Shown piece by piece: positions 1-9,592 of a stretch of 31,719 nt of DNA. The number at the start of each line of letters is the position of its first letter. The first letter of the stretch is position 1. The translations under genes were made by a program, and so were the position numbers. The DNA lies in the NCBI GenBank assembly GCA_031372065.1, contig JANMKN010000215.1:1-31719 (forward strand), given 5' to 3'. Origin of the DNA: Abditibacteriaceae bacterium. Its GTDB lineage: Bacteria > Armatimonadota > Abditibacteriia > Abditibacteriales > Abditibacteriaceae. Below the pieces are notes generated by a model, which did not search any database, was not told the DNA's origin, and saw nothing but the letters and a program-made list of their open reading frames with translations.

Positions 1-5
1 CGATT

Positions 6-1565
6 CTACAAAATTTCGCCCCTGTCGTCTGCAACCTCTGCCCGCCACTCTTCCAACTTCCCCCGCACCGTCTCCGCGAAGGGGTCTTCAATCTGCTCAA
101 AAATCGTCAGCGCCGCAGCCGCCAACTCCACAGAGCGCGCGCGCTGTCCCAATTCATCCAATGTTAAACCCATATTCCACAAAGAATTGGCTTCGCCGCG
201 CTGGTCACCGATTTCACGTTTGAGATTCAAACTTTGCTCATAGTATTCGATGGCGCGCTGCGTTTCACCCAAATTCTTGTAAGTAATGCCGAGGTTACCT
301 AAAGCGTTACCCTCGCCACGCCGGTCACCAATCTCGCGCACAAGTTCCAATTGTTGCTCATAATATTCGATGGCACGCCGCAAATCGCCTAAAAGGTTGT
401 AAGCATTGCCAAGGTTGCCTAACCCGTTAGACTCGCCGAGCCGGTTACCAATCTCGCGCACAATTGCTAATTTTTGTTCGTTGTATTCGATAGCACGCTG
501 CGGCTCGCCTAAAGCGAAGTAGGCACTTCCGAGGTTTCCCAACGCGTTGCCTTCGTCATGCCTGTTACCTATCTCACGTGAGGTTGCCAGATACTGTTTA
601 AAATACTCAATCGCACGATCCGTTTCTCCCAAGCCAAGCCAAGCCAAGCCAAGGTTATTCAGTGCATTACCTTCATGCCAGCGCGCGCCAATTTCGCGGG
701 CCAAGTCCAAAGCCTGCTCCGACAATTCAAGCGTGTGCCGCGATTGGCCCATGAGATGATACGTCCAAGCCAAAGCCTCCAACGTTTCCAGCAAATCAGT
801 GGATGGGGCATTGTGGCGTTGCTGAATTTCTAACGCTTCGTTGAGAACTTTTTCGACTTCGCGCCATTCATCGTAGGCTGCGAGGCCCTCGCCAGCGCGA
901 TAGAGAAGGGTGGCTAATTCCAGTTCTTTACCGGACACGCCGCGCAGTCTTTCGGCACGTTGCAGGGCAAATTTTGGGTCAGCGCTTGAATTAATAGTTA
1001 CTACGTTGGCATTTCCGATTACATTTCCGTCGCCAGTAATATTTATAGACAGCGCAGTTTCGATGGTGACAACGGTTGTGCGCACCGACCACAAGTCGGG
1101 GGCCGTTTCGCGCAGCACTTCTTGCAGCCACGGCGCGCCAGCGAAAAGCAATGTGCAGTCAAACTTCTCGCGGATAGGGTTGCGAAAGGTGTTGAGACGG
1201 GCGAGCGTGTTCTGCCATGCCCCGCGCCACTCGACGTAATCCTGCGTATAGTCCGGCGCGACTCCTTGTAGCCACAGGCAGGTCGTGTCTGGTGGGCACG
1301 ACAAGTCAAGAAACCATTCCGGCAAACGCCGCAAATCTTCGGGGGTATGAATATCTAAGGCAAACAGCGAGTGCCCTGACTCTTCAAATTGCTTTTCCAG
1401 TTCATGGCGGCAAAGCAGCGCGCCATCGTTATCGGCAACCAGCAGCACCACGAAATCGAAGCCGGAGGTCAGCTTGAAATGAGTGAGCAGCTTGCGCCAT
1501 TCGGCTTGTTCGCCAAGACGATAGCGCCGGGCTATAACATCCCACTGAGAATCAGAAGCGGTCAT
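6..1565 (-). CDS. Tetratricopeptide-repeat protein with N-terminal uncharacterised (possibly inactive P-loop-like) domain
   Basis: 519-aa ORF; C-terminal half has about five ~40-aa repeats EGNALGNLGxAYxxLGExxRAIEYYEQxLxxxREIG; start overlaps the upstream ATPase stop (ATGA). Confidence 0.88.
   Translation of the reverse strand: MTASDSQWDVIARRYRLGEQAEWRKLLTHFKLTSGFDFVVLLVADNDGALLCRHELEKQFEESGHSLFALDIHTPEDLRRLPEWFLDLSCPPDTTCLWLQGVAPDYTQDYVEWRGAWQNTLARLNTFRNPIREKFDCTLLFAGAPWLQEVLRETAPDLWSVRTTVVTIETALSINITGDGNVIGNANVVTINSSADPKFALQRAERLRGVSGKELELATLLYRAGEGLAAYDEWREVEKVLNEALEIQQRHNAPSTDLLETLEALAWTYHLMGQSRHTLELSEQALDLAREIGARWHEGNALNNLGLAWLGLGETDRAIEYFKQYLATSREIGNRHDEGNALGNLGSAYFALGEPQRAIEYNEQKLAIVREIGNRLGESNGLGNLGNAYNLLGDLRRAIEYYEQQLELVREIGDRRGEGNALGNLGITYKNLGETQRAIEYYEQSLNLKREIGDQRGEANSLWNMGLTLDELGQRARSVELAAAALTIFEQIEDPFAETVRGKLEEWRAEVADDRGEIL
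629..653. repeat. (CCAAG)5 pentanucleotide simple repeat inside TPR gene
   Basis: ccaagccaagccaagccaagccaag read directly; encodes LGLAWLGL on the minus strand. Confidence 0.85.
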
Positions 1566-2929
1566 GAAGAGGCAGGGACAATTGGTGACGAATTGAAGGC
1601 AGCCTCACGAGCTACGATTTTCGCCACCTCATCACGGATTAAGGGGTGAATGTCATACCATTCTTCGTCGCCTTGAAAATAAAGCACAAAGTGAGTGTCG
1701 AGAAAGCGCGTGAGTCGGTCTACGGTTTCGGAATCGTTGGCTTCGAGCATGGTGTCGCGGTGGCGGGCGATTTTGTCGAGCCATTTGGCATCATCTACCG
1801 CAATGGGCAAAAAATGACTGCGCACCGTTTGAATCGCGGTGTTGACGTCGACTTCGTTGACCGGCAGCGTTTCCGCGATGTAATTCGTTTCACGCAGCAA
1901 AAGCAAAAGGTCACGAAAATGCCCGCCACACACCGCGATAAGATTATCGGCAAGAGGATGTTGACCTTGCTTGCCATCAAAGAATTTTTCGTAGCCTTCC
2001 TTGCTAAAGCGGCGATGCACCAACGAACGCAACGACTTCCAACCCGGTTCATGTGGTGTCCGTTGTTCGTCGTTATTCCAATAGCGCACGCAAGGCACTC
2101 GCGTGGTTTGGGCATCGGTGCCAGGCAGCGCAAAGCGTAACCACGGCGGCACAGTATAAACCATGTGCATATAGGGAACCTTGAGGAAGTCGCGGTGATG
2201 CGCGAAGAGTTGTAGCACGCTTTCAGTGACAGTTTTTTCGCTGTAGGAGGAGTCGCGTAACTGCTCCAATGAATCGAAGAGAAAAACAACGCCCGGTATG
2301 TCGTCGCCGTGTTTTTTGTGAATGGCCTTGACCCCATCCTCGAAAAACTTGTCCACATCCTTCTTCAAGTCGCCGATATTGTTGAGCAAAGAATTTTGCA
2401 GCGCTTGCCGAAATGTGGGCGTGCTTTTTAAAGACAATTTAAGGTCAGCCTCTATACCTTCAGTTCCAGCCTTCAAACCCAATTCATCCAGATTCACTTT
2501 CGTTTTCGTTAGAAAATTGACGAAACGATGCCAGTAACTGTCGTTAGCGACTGAGGAAAACCCTGCCTCTTCCAAAGCATCGCTAAAGGTGCCGGCTATC
2601 ACCAGTAGCAAATCAGAAATGTCAATCTTTATTGAAGGATTCAGATACTTAAGGGCGTCACCATAGAGAACGAAGTAGCCCTGTGCTTCCAGTTCGCCCT
2701 TAAGCCGTCGCAATTCGGTAGTTTTTCCCGAACCACGAAAACCGGAGAACAATTGAAAGCTGTCTGTAGAAGCGAATTCAATACGCTTGCGCATTTTCCC
2801 AACCGGATCGGCGGGGCCACACGATTCATAAATCGGCTCGTATTTTTCGTCGTTCGGCGACAGCCATTTGTCGGCAAGTCGTTCGTTGATGTCTCGGCGA
2901 AATTGAAGTTCTGGATCAATCTTTCTCAT
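1562..2929 (-). CDS. P-loop NTPase (STAND/KAP-like AAA ATPase)
   Basis: 455-aa ORF; Walker A GFRGSGKT, Walker B-like VVFLFDSLE, later GGHFRDLL and C-terminal WYDIHPL motifs. Confidence 0.85.
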   Translation of the reverse strand: MRKIDPELQFRRDINERLADKWLSPNDEKYEPIYESCGPADPVGKMRKRIEFASTDSFQLFSGFRGSGKTTELRRLKGELEAQGYFVLYGDALKYLNPSIKIDISDLLLVIAGTFSDALEEAGFSSVANDSYWHRFVNFLTKTKVNLDELGLKAGTEGIEADLKLSLKSTPTFRQALQNSLLNNIGDLKKDVDKFFEDGVKAIHKKHGDDIPGVVFLFDSLEQLRDSSYSEKTVTESVLQLFAHHRDFLKVPYMHMVYTVPPWLRFALPGTDAQTTRVPCVRYWNNDEQRTPHEPGWKSLRSLVHRRFSKEGYEKFFDGKQGQHPLADNLIAVCGGHFRDLLLLLRETNYIAETLPVNEVDVNTAIQTVRSHFLPIAVDDAKWLDKIARHRDTMLEANDSETVDRLTRFLDTHFVLYFQGDEEWYDIHPLIRDEVAKIVAREAAFNSSPIVPASS

Positions 2930-2962
2930 GGTAATTCTTGCGGGTTCCTTTCAGAACGAATG

Positions 2963-3430
2963 TCACCCGCCGAGTTTTGCCAGCAGGTTGGCAGTTTCGA
3001 CGGCGGCTAAGAGGGCATCGGAGCCTTTGTTGCCGGCTTTGGTGCCGGCGCGTTCGAGGGCTTGTTCGATGGTATCGGTAGTCAGCACGCCGAAGATGAC
3101 GGGCACATTGGTGGAAAGTCCGGCGTTCATAATGCCCGACGCGGTTTGACCGCAAACGTAATCGTAGTGATCCGTGGCGCCTTTGATGACGGCGCCGAGG
3201 CAAATTATAGCGTCGAAGCGGCCACTGGCGGCCATCGTTTTGGCGACAATCGGCAATTCAAAACTGCCGGGCACATAAGCGACTTCCAAAGCGCTTTCCT
3301 GCCCGCCGATGCGCCGCCACGCTTCGACGGTGCCTTCCAGCAGGCGATTGGTAATCAGTTCGTTAAAGCGCGCCACCACGACGCCGATTTTTAAATTGCC
3401 CGCGCGCCATTCGCCTTCATGTTTTGTCAT
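2963..3430 (-). CDS. ribH: 6,7-dimethyl-8-ribityllumazine synthase
   Basis: VVARFNELIT, VPGSFELP, LGAVIKGATDHYDYV, ERAGTKAGNKG motifs; last gene of rib operon. Confidence 0.97.
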   Translation of the reverse strand: MTKHEGEWRAGNLKIGVVVARFNELITNRLLEGTVEAWRRIGGQESALEVAYVPGSFELPIVAKTMAASGRFDAIICLGAVIKGATDHYDYVCGQTASGIMNAGLSTNVPVIFGVLTTDTIEQALERAGTKAGNKGSDALLAAVETANLLAKLGG

Positions 3431-3443
3431 TGGTTTCCTTTTA

Positions 3444-3540
3444 AATAGAACGCAAATTTCGCAAATCTTCGGAAATTCACGCGAATTTTCTTCAAATATT
3501 TGCGAAAAATCGCGTTTATTTGCGTAATTTGCGTTCTATT
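3444..3540. repeat. REP/MITE-like palindromic element, family A copy 1
   Basis: Perfect 15-bp terminal inverted repeat aatagaacgcaaatt...aatttgcgttctatt, internal cgcaaatt-like submotifs; related copy at 17683-17828. Confidence 0.8.
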
Positions 3541-4771
3541 GCTTTTCTTCTTTTTGTTCGTCAATCTCGGAGGCGCCTCCGAAAAGATGCCCCATTTTGT
3601 CGCGCTTGGTGTCGAGATAACTTTGGTTATGCTCATGCGGCGCGGGCATCAGTGGCACGCGTTCGACGATTTGTAATCCGTAGGCTTCGAGGCCGACGCG
3701 CTTGGCCGGATTATTGGTGAGCAAACGCATTTTACGCACGCCCAAATCGGATAGAACTTGTGCGCCAGTGCCGTATTCGCGCAAATCGGCGGCGAAACCA
3801 AGAGCGTGGTTGGCTTGCACCGTGTCGGCGCCTTGGTCTTGCAATTCATAGGCGCGCAGTTTATTTAATATGCCGATGCCGCGCCCTTCGTGCTGCGCGA
3901 TATAAAGCAAAACGCCGCTGCCATTTTGCGCGATTTGCTGCAAGGCGCCGCGCAATTGGTCGCCGCAATCGCAGCGCAGTGAATCCAAAACATCGCCCGT
4001 CAAACAGCCCGAATGCACGCGCACTAAAATCGGTTCTTCGGGTTTAATGAAGCCTTTGACCAAGGCCACAAACGGTGTGCCATCCAGCACGTTCTCGTAG
4101 GCGACGACGTGAAATTCGCCCCACTGTGTTGGCAATTTCGCTTCCGCTACGCGTCGCACCAGTTTTTCATTCATGCGGCGATAGCGAATCAGTTCTTCAA
4201 TCGTGATGATCTTGATGTCGTGCTGCTCTGCCATCACTTTAAGCTCATCGAGATTGGCCGAATTGCCTTCTTCGTTCAGCACTTCGCAAATCACTGCGGC
4301 GGGATAAAGTCCGGCTAAATTGCACAAGTCAACGGCGGCTTCGGTGTGCCCGGCGCGCACCAAAACGCCGCCTTCGCGAGCGCGAAGTGGGAAAGTGTGG
4401 CCGGGGCGCAGCAAATCACCGGGATGCGAAGCGGGGTCAATGAGAACTTGCACGGCGCGGGCACGATCAGCAGCCGAAATGCCCGTTGTGGTGCCGGTTC
4501 GCGCGTCCACGCTCATGGTGTAAGCGGTGCCGTGACGATCCGTGTTCGATTGCGCCATCGGGCCGAGTTGCATTTCGTCAAGGCGCTTGCCTTCCATCGG
4601 CACGCAAATTAGGCCGCGCGCTTCCCGCGCCAAAAAGTTGATGGCTTTGGCGTCGGCAAACTGCGCTGCCATAATGAGGTCGCCCTCGTTTTCACGCGAT
4701 TCATCGTCCGCCACAAGCACAAACTTGCCTTCGCGGAAATCTTTTAAGGCGTCTTCGATTTTTGAAAACAT
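3536..4771 (-). CDS. ribBA: Bifunctional DHBP synthase / GTP cyclohydrolase II
   Basis: DDESRENEGD, TGISAADRA, RAGHTEA (RibB); RVHSGCLTGD, RCDCG, EGRGIG, LLTNNP (RibA). Confidence 0.97.
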   Translation of the reverse strand: MFSKIEDALKDFREGKFVLVADDESRENEGDLIMAAQFADAKAINFLAREARGLICVPMEGKRLDEMQLGPMAQSNTDRHGTAYTMSVDARTGTTTGISAADRARAVQVLIDPASHPGDLLRPGHTFPLRAREGGVLVRAGHTEAAVDLCNLAGLYPAAVICEVLNEEGNSANLDELKVMAEQHDIKIITIEELIRYRRMNEKLVRRVAEAKLPTQWGEFHVVAYENVLDGTPFVALVKGFIKPEEPILVRVHSGCLTGDVLDSLRCDCGDQLRGALQQIAQNGSGVLLYIAQHEGRGIGILNKLRAYELQDQGADTVQANHALGFAADLREYGTGAQVLSDLGVRKMRLLTNNPAKRVGLEAYGLQIVERVPLMPAPHEHNQSYLDTKRDKMGHLFGGASEIDEQKEEKQ

Positions 4772-4774
4772 GAT

Positions 4775-4859
4775 TCAGTAGTCAGTGGTCAGTGGTCGGG
4801 TGCCCTTTGGGCGTAGTCAGTGGTTTTTCTGTTCCCTGACCACCGCCCGCTGTCCACTG
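4775..4859. repeat. Inverted heptamer element (CAGTGGT-like ... CTGACCA-like) forming the 3' end of ribE
   Basis: Coding strand: cagtgga cagcggg cggtggt cagg ... ccgacca ctgacca ctgacta ctga; supplies the tail GGQG...PTTDH and the TGA stop. Confidence 0.7.
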
Positions 4860-5444
4860 TAATAAGCGTTCGACGTATTTCGCCATCAGGTCAACTTCGA
4901 CGTTGACGGATGTGCCGATTTGCCAGTCGCCTGCGGTTGTGACCTCGCGGGTGTGCGGAATAAGGGCCACGCTGAAGCGACTATAAGCGACATTAGCCAC
5001 GGTCAACGAAACGCCATCCAGACAAATCGAGCCTTTTTCGATAATGTATTTCATCAAAGCCGAGGGTGGTTCAAAACCAACCCACCAGCCCTCGCCTTCA
5101 GGACGCACAACGGTAATTGTCGCCACGCCGTCCACATGGCCTTGCACAATATGACCGCCCAAACGGGCATTGGCGCGCAGGGCGCGTTCGAGATTGACGC
5201 TATTACCGGCTTTTTTGAGGCCAAGCGTGGTGCGCCGCATGGTTTCTTCGACGGCTTGCACTACAAAATGCCGCGCGCCCAGTTCAATCGCGGTCAGGCA
5301 ACAGCCGTTGACGCTAATGCTTTCGCCAATTTGCGCGTCTGAGAGAAATTCGTCGTCGCCAACGGCGATTTTCAATTGCAACGCATCGCCCAAAGGCGTG
5401 ATATTTTCGATGATGCCGAGGCGCTCGACCAAGCCCGTAAACAT
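4782..5444 (-). CDS. ribE: Riboflavin synthase (alpha chain)
   Basis: N-terminal MFTG, SISVNGCCLT, VNLERAL, GGHIVQGHVD, KGSICLDGVSLT. Confidence 0.96.
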   Translation of the reverse strand: MFTGLVERLGIIENITPLGDALQLKIAVGDDEFLSDAQIGESISVNGCCLTAIELGARHFVVQAVEETMRRTTLGLKKAGNSVNLERALRANARLGGHIVQGHVDGVATITVVRPEGEGWWVGFEPPSALMKYIIEKGSICLDGVSLTVANVAYSRFSVALIPHTREVTTAGDWQIGTSVNVEVDLMAKYVERLLQWTAGGGQGTEKPLTTPKGHPTTDH

Positions 5445-5453
5445 AAAAACTCA

Positions 5454-6605
5454 TTAAAGCGCGCTGAAAAAGCGCGTCACGTTGTCGTTCAGATAACCCG
5501 AAACCAAAACATCATCGCCGAAATTTTCGTGCTCCACATCACGCAAACGCAGCGCGGCGCTCATGGTTTCAACCGCGAAATCGCCCGTGGCGGAGATGCC
5601 GTTGCCAATCAGCAGCGGCGCCACGAAAAACGCGGCTTTATCGGCTAATTCCGCTTCTAAAAACGCTCCCGTAACGTGCGCACCGCCTTCGACAAGCACG
5701 CTACACCACTCGCGTTCGTAGATTTTTTGCAAAAGCGCCGCTAAATCAATTTTGCCCTGCGGCGCGGGCAGGCGCCAGACACCGACGCCTTTTTCTTCGA
5801 GCAATGCCGTTTTTTCAAGCGCCGCGTTCTCGTCTACCGCCACGATTAACGACACGGTGGCCGCGCTCTGCACCAATTTCGAGTCCAGTGGCAAACGCGC
5901 GTCCGCATCCAAAACCACGCGCACCGGTTGTTTCCAGTTGCCTGCCAAACGCACGTTTAATTCAGGATTATCCGCTAACGCAGTGCCGATGCCGATAAGG
6001 ACGACATCATGCAAGTGCCGCATTTGCTGCACGCGATGGCGCGCGGCTTCGCCCGTAATCCATTTCGCTTCACCCGAAGCGTGCGCGATTTTTCCGTCCA
6101 ACGACACGGCGCTTTTTAAGGTGACAAACGGGCGATTTTGCACGATATGCACCAAAAACTGCTCGTGCATTCGCGCGCATTCTTCGACGCAAAGTTGGCG
6201 CACTTCGAGGCCCGCTTCGCGCAACTGCGCCATGCCGCGCCCGTTGACAGCGGGATTCGGGTCCAGCACGCCGCACACCACGCGCTGAATGCCCGCTTGA
6301 ATCAAAGCACGCGCACAAGGGGGCGTGGTGGCAAAATGCGAACACGGCTCCAGCGTGACATAAGCTGTCGCGCCATTTAAATCATCGCCTGCGGCACGGG
6401 CACTGTTCAAGGCTTGAATTTCCGCGTGCGGATTGCCATGCCCCGGCTGCGTGTGACCGCCGGACAAGATGCGCCCGTCTTTGACGAGAACACAGCCTAC
6501 CGAAGGGCGCGGCGACAGCCAACCCAAACCGCGCGCCGCCCATTGCAATGCCGCGCGCATTCCGCTTTCATCATCGGCAATGCGCTCTGTTGAAATATCA
6601 GTCAT
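5454..6605 (-). CDS. ribD: Bifunctional diaminohydroxyphosphoribosylaminopyrimidine deaminase/reductase
   Basis: HAE, TLEPCSH...PPC deaminase zinc motif; SLDGKIA, WIT, LVEGG reductase motifs. Confidence 0.96.
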   Translation of the reverse strand: MTDISTERIADDESGMRAALQWAARGLGWLSPRPSVGCVLVKDGRILSGGHTQPGHGNPHAEIQALNSARAAGDDLNGATAYVTLEPCSHFATTPPCARALIQAGIQRVVCGVLDPNPAVNGRGMAQLREAGLEVRQLCVEECARMHEQFLVHIVQNRPFVTLKSAVSLDGKIAHASGEAKWITGEAARHRVQQMRHLHDVVLIGIGTALADNPELNVRLAGNWKQPVRVVLDADARLPLDSKLVQSAATVSLIVAVDENAALEKTALLEEKGVGVWRLPAPQGKIDLAALLQKIYEREWCSVLVEGGAHVTGAFLEAELADKAAFFVAPLLIGNGISATGDFAVETMSAALRLRDVEHENFGDDVLVSGYLNDNVTRFFSAL

Positions 6606-6617
6606 TGAAAAGAGATT

Positions 6618-7151
6618 TTAAAATTGATCGAGATTCCCGCCATCGGTTAGCACGTTTTCGCTGCCTTCCTTAGGCGCATAAGCGCGCACTTTCTTGCTGG
6701 ATGACGACAGTGGTGCTTCCTCAGATGCGTGTGCGCCGCGCAAGCGGGCTGTTTCCTGTTCCGCTAAATCACGCAACTGTTCGGAAAAACGAATGCTATG
6801 TTCGCGCTCAACTTTGCGGCGCGCGGTGATCAACATCCACATATCTAAGCCTAACAAGGCCAAACCGAAAAGAACCAGACAAAAAACACCATTGATAATA
6901 GCGACAAATTGCCATTTTTGATTAATTGTCGCATTGGCTTCGGGCCACCAGCGGGTGAGCGCTCCCGCCAACGATAACAAGGAAATAATCCAAATGAGTG
7001 CCGAAAACAAGCGCAGACGAAAATGACGGGGCGCCAAAAGACTATCGCCACGACGTGTGCGGGCCAATTCCAGCCACGCCCCTGTTATGATAGCAACCAC
7101 GCATAACAAACAAAGCAACGCAAAAAGTCCCCGCGCAAAATCTGTTGGCAT
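6618..7151 (-). CDS. Hypothetical membrane protein (about 3 TM helices)
   Basis: 177-aa ORF with three hydrophobic stretches, GAGGT RBS, 12 bp upstream of ribD in the same orientation. Confidence 0.75.
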   Translation of the reverse strand: MPTDFARGLFALLCLLCVVAIITGAWLELARTRRGDSLLAPRHFRLRLFSALIWIISLLSLAGALTRWWPEANATINQKWQFVAIINGVFCLVLFGLALLGLDMWMLITARRKVEREHSIRFSEQLRDLAEQETARLRGAHASEEAPLSSSSKKVRAYAPKEGSENVLTDGGNLDQF

Positions 7152-7525
7152 AACTTACCTCGCTCCAACTTGCCCTTGCCTTTGGCGCTCACCATCGCCA
7201 ATTCATTCCCGACAATTCATTATAGCAAGCGAACTTTATGAACCCGCGCGTTCTCTAAAAATTGAGCCACCCCGGAGCGCCCTTCGCTTTTCTTTGAGAA
7301 ACCAGCATCGCTTCTGGTTCGTTTTTGTCCCGATTTGGCCCGTAATCAAACATTTTGCTGCCTTTTTTGCTTTTTATGGCCGATTTTGGCGAAAAGAATT
7401 GGCTCGAATTGTTTGATAAATCGCCTACGGGGTAAAATAGAAGCATTCACTGTATCATCTTGTGACCAACCAGATTCGCTGACAAGCATACGGACGGCAA
7501 CACAAGAAACAACGCGGGAGACCTT

Positions 7526-8446
7526 ATGATTCTTTTTTCTTTCAGCCAATTTGCGCCCAAGGGCCGCAACAACTCTCATTCTCACCATCTTCGCAGCAGG
7601 CGACACCGGGGGTTCACGCTGGTAGAACTCATGGTCGCCATAGGCATCATCGCGGTTCTGGCGGGCCTGCTGTTTCCTGTATTCAAAACCGTGCGCGACA
7701 AGGGGAAAGTCACGCTTTGCTCCAACAATTTGCAGCAACTGGGACTGGGCTTTCAGCAGTATTTGCAGGATTATCAACAACGCTATCCCGGCGGCGGGCA
7801 ATATCAGGAATGGGCCAATGGCGGACATTGGGTCGGCGCCGATTTAAACGGAAACAACGCTGCCGGCACCAGTGGCGGCACAGCGGTAGCATTGACGAAT
7901 CCGGGCGATCCCATTGGACAGCCTTATACGGGCGCCGAAGCCAAACCGGAGAAGGGGGCACTTTATTCCTATGTCAAAAATGCACAAGTTTATGTTTGTC
8001 CCTCTGAGCAAAATGGTGAATTCAAGCGCTTGACATATTCGATGAACTGCGCCATCGCCGGATTAAACGCCACAGTTCGCATGAAACAACCGACGGAAGT
8101 TGTTCTCTTAGTAGATGAAAATAATGCTAACGATGGTTATTTTTACACGGCGGGCATTGGCGCCGCAGGATCAACGGACGCCTTATCAACTAACCATTCC
8201 AAAGGTGGCAGCCTCTTGTTTTGTGATGGTCATGTAAAATTTTACAACTACGCTGCTCTGCCTCTCGATAATCCAACGGTATCACCGCAAGCAGTAACAC
8301 TCAAAACACAATTAACGGGTTCACCGCGCTTTTGGGATAAGGCTTTTGATTTGGCCGCTCCTTTCACCGATGCCGAAGGGTATTATGTGAGTCCCGCCTT
8401 CGGTTCCTGCGCTGCTCCTATGGTGCCTCCTGATGCGCCTGCTTAA
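7526..8446 (+). CDS. Prepilin-type N-methylation / DUF1559 protein with H-X9-DG motif
   Basis: GFTLVELMVAIGIIAVLAGLLFPVF; CSNNLQQLG; C-terminal HSKGGSLLFCDGH. Confidence 0.9.
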   Translation: MILFSFSQFAPKGRNNSHSHHLRSRRHRGFTLVELMVAIGIIAVLAGLLFPVFKTVRDKGKVTLCSNNLQQLGLGFQQYLQDYQQRYPGGGQYQEWANGGHWVGADLNGNNAAGTSGGTAVALTNPGDPIGQPYTGAEAKPEKGALYSYVKNAQVYVCPSEQNGEFKRLTYSMNCAIAGLNATVRMKQPTEVVLLVDENNANDGYFYTAGIGAAGSTDALSTNHSKGGSLLFCDGHVKFYNYAALPLDNPTVSPQAVTLKTQLTGSPRFWDKAFDLAAPFTDAEGYYVSPAFGSCAAPMVPPDAPA

Positions 8447-8542
8447 TGCGCCCGCTTAAGTTGTAGGCTGCATCCCAGCCTGCATACTGCCAATTTCACC
8501 CCAAAGTTGCGGACAATTTTGCAATCGCATCTATGACTAAAG

Positions 8543-8591
8543 GCGGGGCGCACTTTACAATTCTGAAGAGTGCGCCTCGCAACTTCTTTTT
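8543..8591 (+). terminator. Possible intrinsic terminator hairpin
   Basis: gcggggcgcactt / gagtgcgcctcgc stem (with G-U pairs) followed by aacttcttttt, between the two prepilin-like genes. Confidence 0.4.
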
Positions 8592-8704
8592 GAGATTACT
8601 TCTCTAATCGGCTTCGATACCAATATGCTGGCGCAGCAAAAACGCTCCACGCTACCTGGCCATCGCAGCTCACAAACGGGGAGATTCTCAAAAGAGAAAA
8701 AGTC

Positions 8705-9577
8705 ATGCCGCAACCATATTCGCGCCGCCCAATTTTGGCGGCAAACCCACAACACAATTCATCCATTCGTTCAGCCTTTACGCTTGTCGAACTTTTGGTC
8801 GTCATAGCGATCATTTCGCTACTGGCCGCATTTTTGTTTCCCACCTTTAGCCGCGCACGGGAAAACGCCAAAAAGATTTCCTGCATGAATAACCTCAAGC
8901 AATTGGGGATTGCTTTCGCGCAATACACCGCCGACTATGATCGCGGCTACCCCGGCGCAGGCCAATATCAGAAGTGGGCCAGCGGCGGACATTGGGTAGC
9001 CGGTAGCGTAAATAATCCTACTTCCGCAAGTGATGGCAATCCCGGCTCCATGCGGCTTTTAAGTGATCCCAGCACGCTTACAACTACACCTGCCTTAGTG
9101 GATAAGGGAGGTCTCTACCCTTATGTGAAGAATAAGGCGATTTACATTTGTCCTTCCAGCCCTGACGGTGAATTCACCGAATTAACTTACTCGATGAACT
9201 GCGCGATAGGAGGCGCAAAAGACACTACTATTGCCTCTACCGATTCGGCGAATATTATCCTCTTAGTGGATGAGTATCAAGCCAACGATGGTTTCTGGTG
9301 GACGGGCAAAGACCAAGCGCAAGCCGCAGCCTCTTCTACCGATGCTTTAACCAAGTTGCACAATGAAGGCGGCAATTTGTTAATGTGCGATGGACACGCA
9401 AAATATTACCCCTTCGCCAAGTATCCCTTGGAAAAATCAGCCGCCGGTGCCGCTTTGAAAGTGAGCATGACGGCCCAACCAAGGTTCTGGGATCAGAAAT
9501 TCAATGCCACGCCGGGCAAGGGCTATTTCCAAGGCAAGGAAACGCAGCTTGGCAGTTGCGAAAAACCGCAAGGTTAA
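8705..9577 (+). CDS. Prepilin-type N-methylation / DUF1559 protein with H-X9-DG motif (paralog 2)
   Basis: [52 protein letters not shown]; shares YPG.GQYQ.WA.GGHWV and LTYSMNCAI with upstream gene. Confidence 0.9.
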   Translation: MPQPYSRRPILAANPQHNSSIRSAFTLVELLVVIAIISLLAAFLFPTFSRARENAKKISCMNNLKQLGIAFAQYTADYDRGYPGAGQYQKWASGGHWVAGSVNNPTSASDGNPGSMRLLSDPSTLTTTPALVDKGGLYPYVKNKAIYICPSSPDGEFTELTYSMNCAIGGAKDTTIASTDSANIILLVDEYQANDGFWWTGKDQAQAAASSTDALTKLHNEGGNLLMCDGHAKYYPFAKYPLEKSAAGAALKVSMTAQPRFWDQKFNATPGKGYFQGKETQLGSCEKPQG

Positions 9578-9592
9578 GTGAACTGTTCAAAC

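Noticed and set aside
7471..7485. 15-bp exact repeat cagattcgctgacaa, also at 17758-17772
   Set aside because: One 15-mer match in ~32 kb is near chance expectation and the flanks do not align.
7152..7525. FMN riboswitch upstream of the rib operon
   Set aside because: No recognisable RFN consensus blocks on the minus strand; an Infernal search would be decisive.
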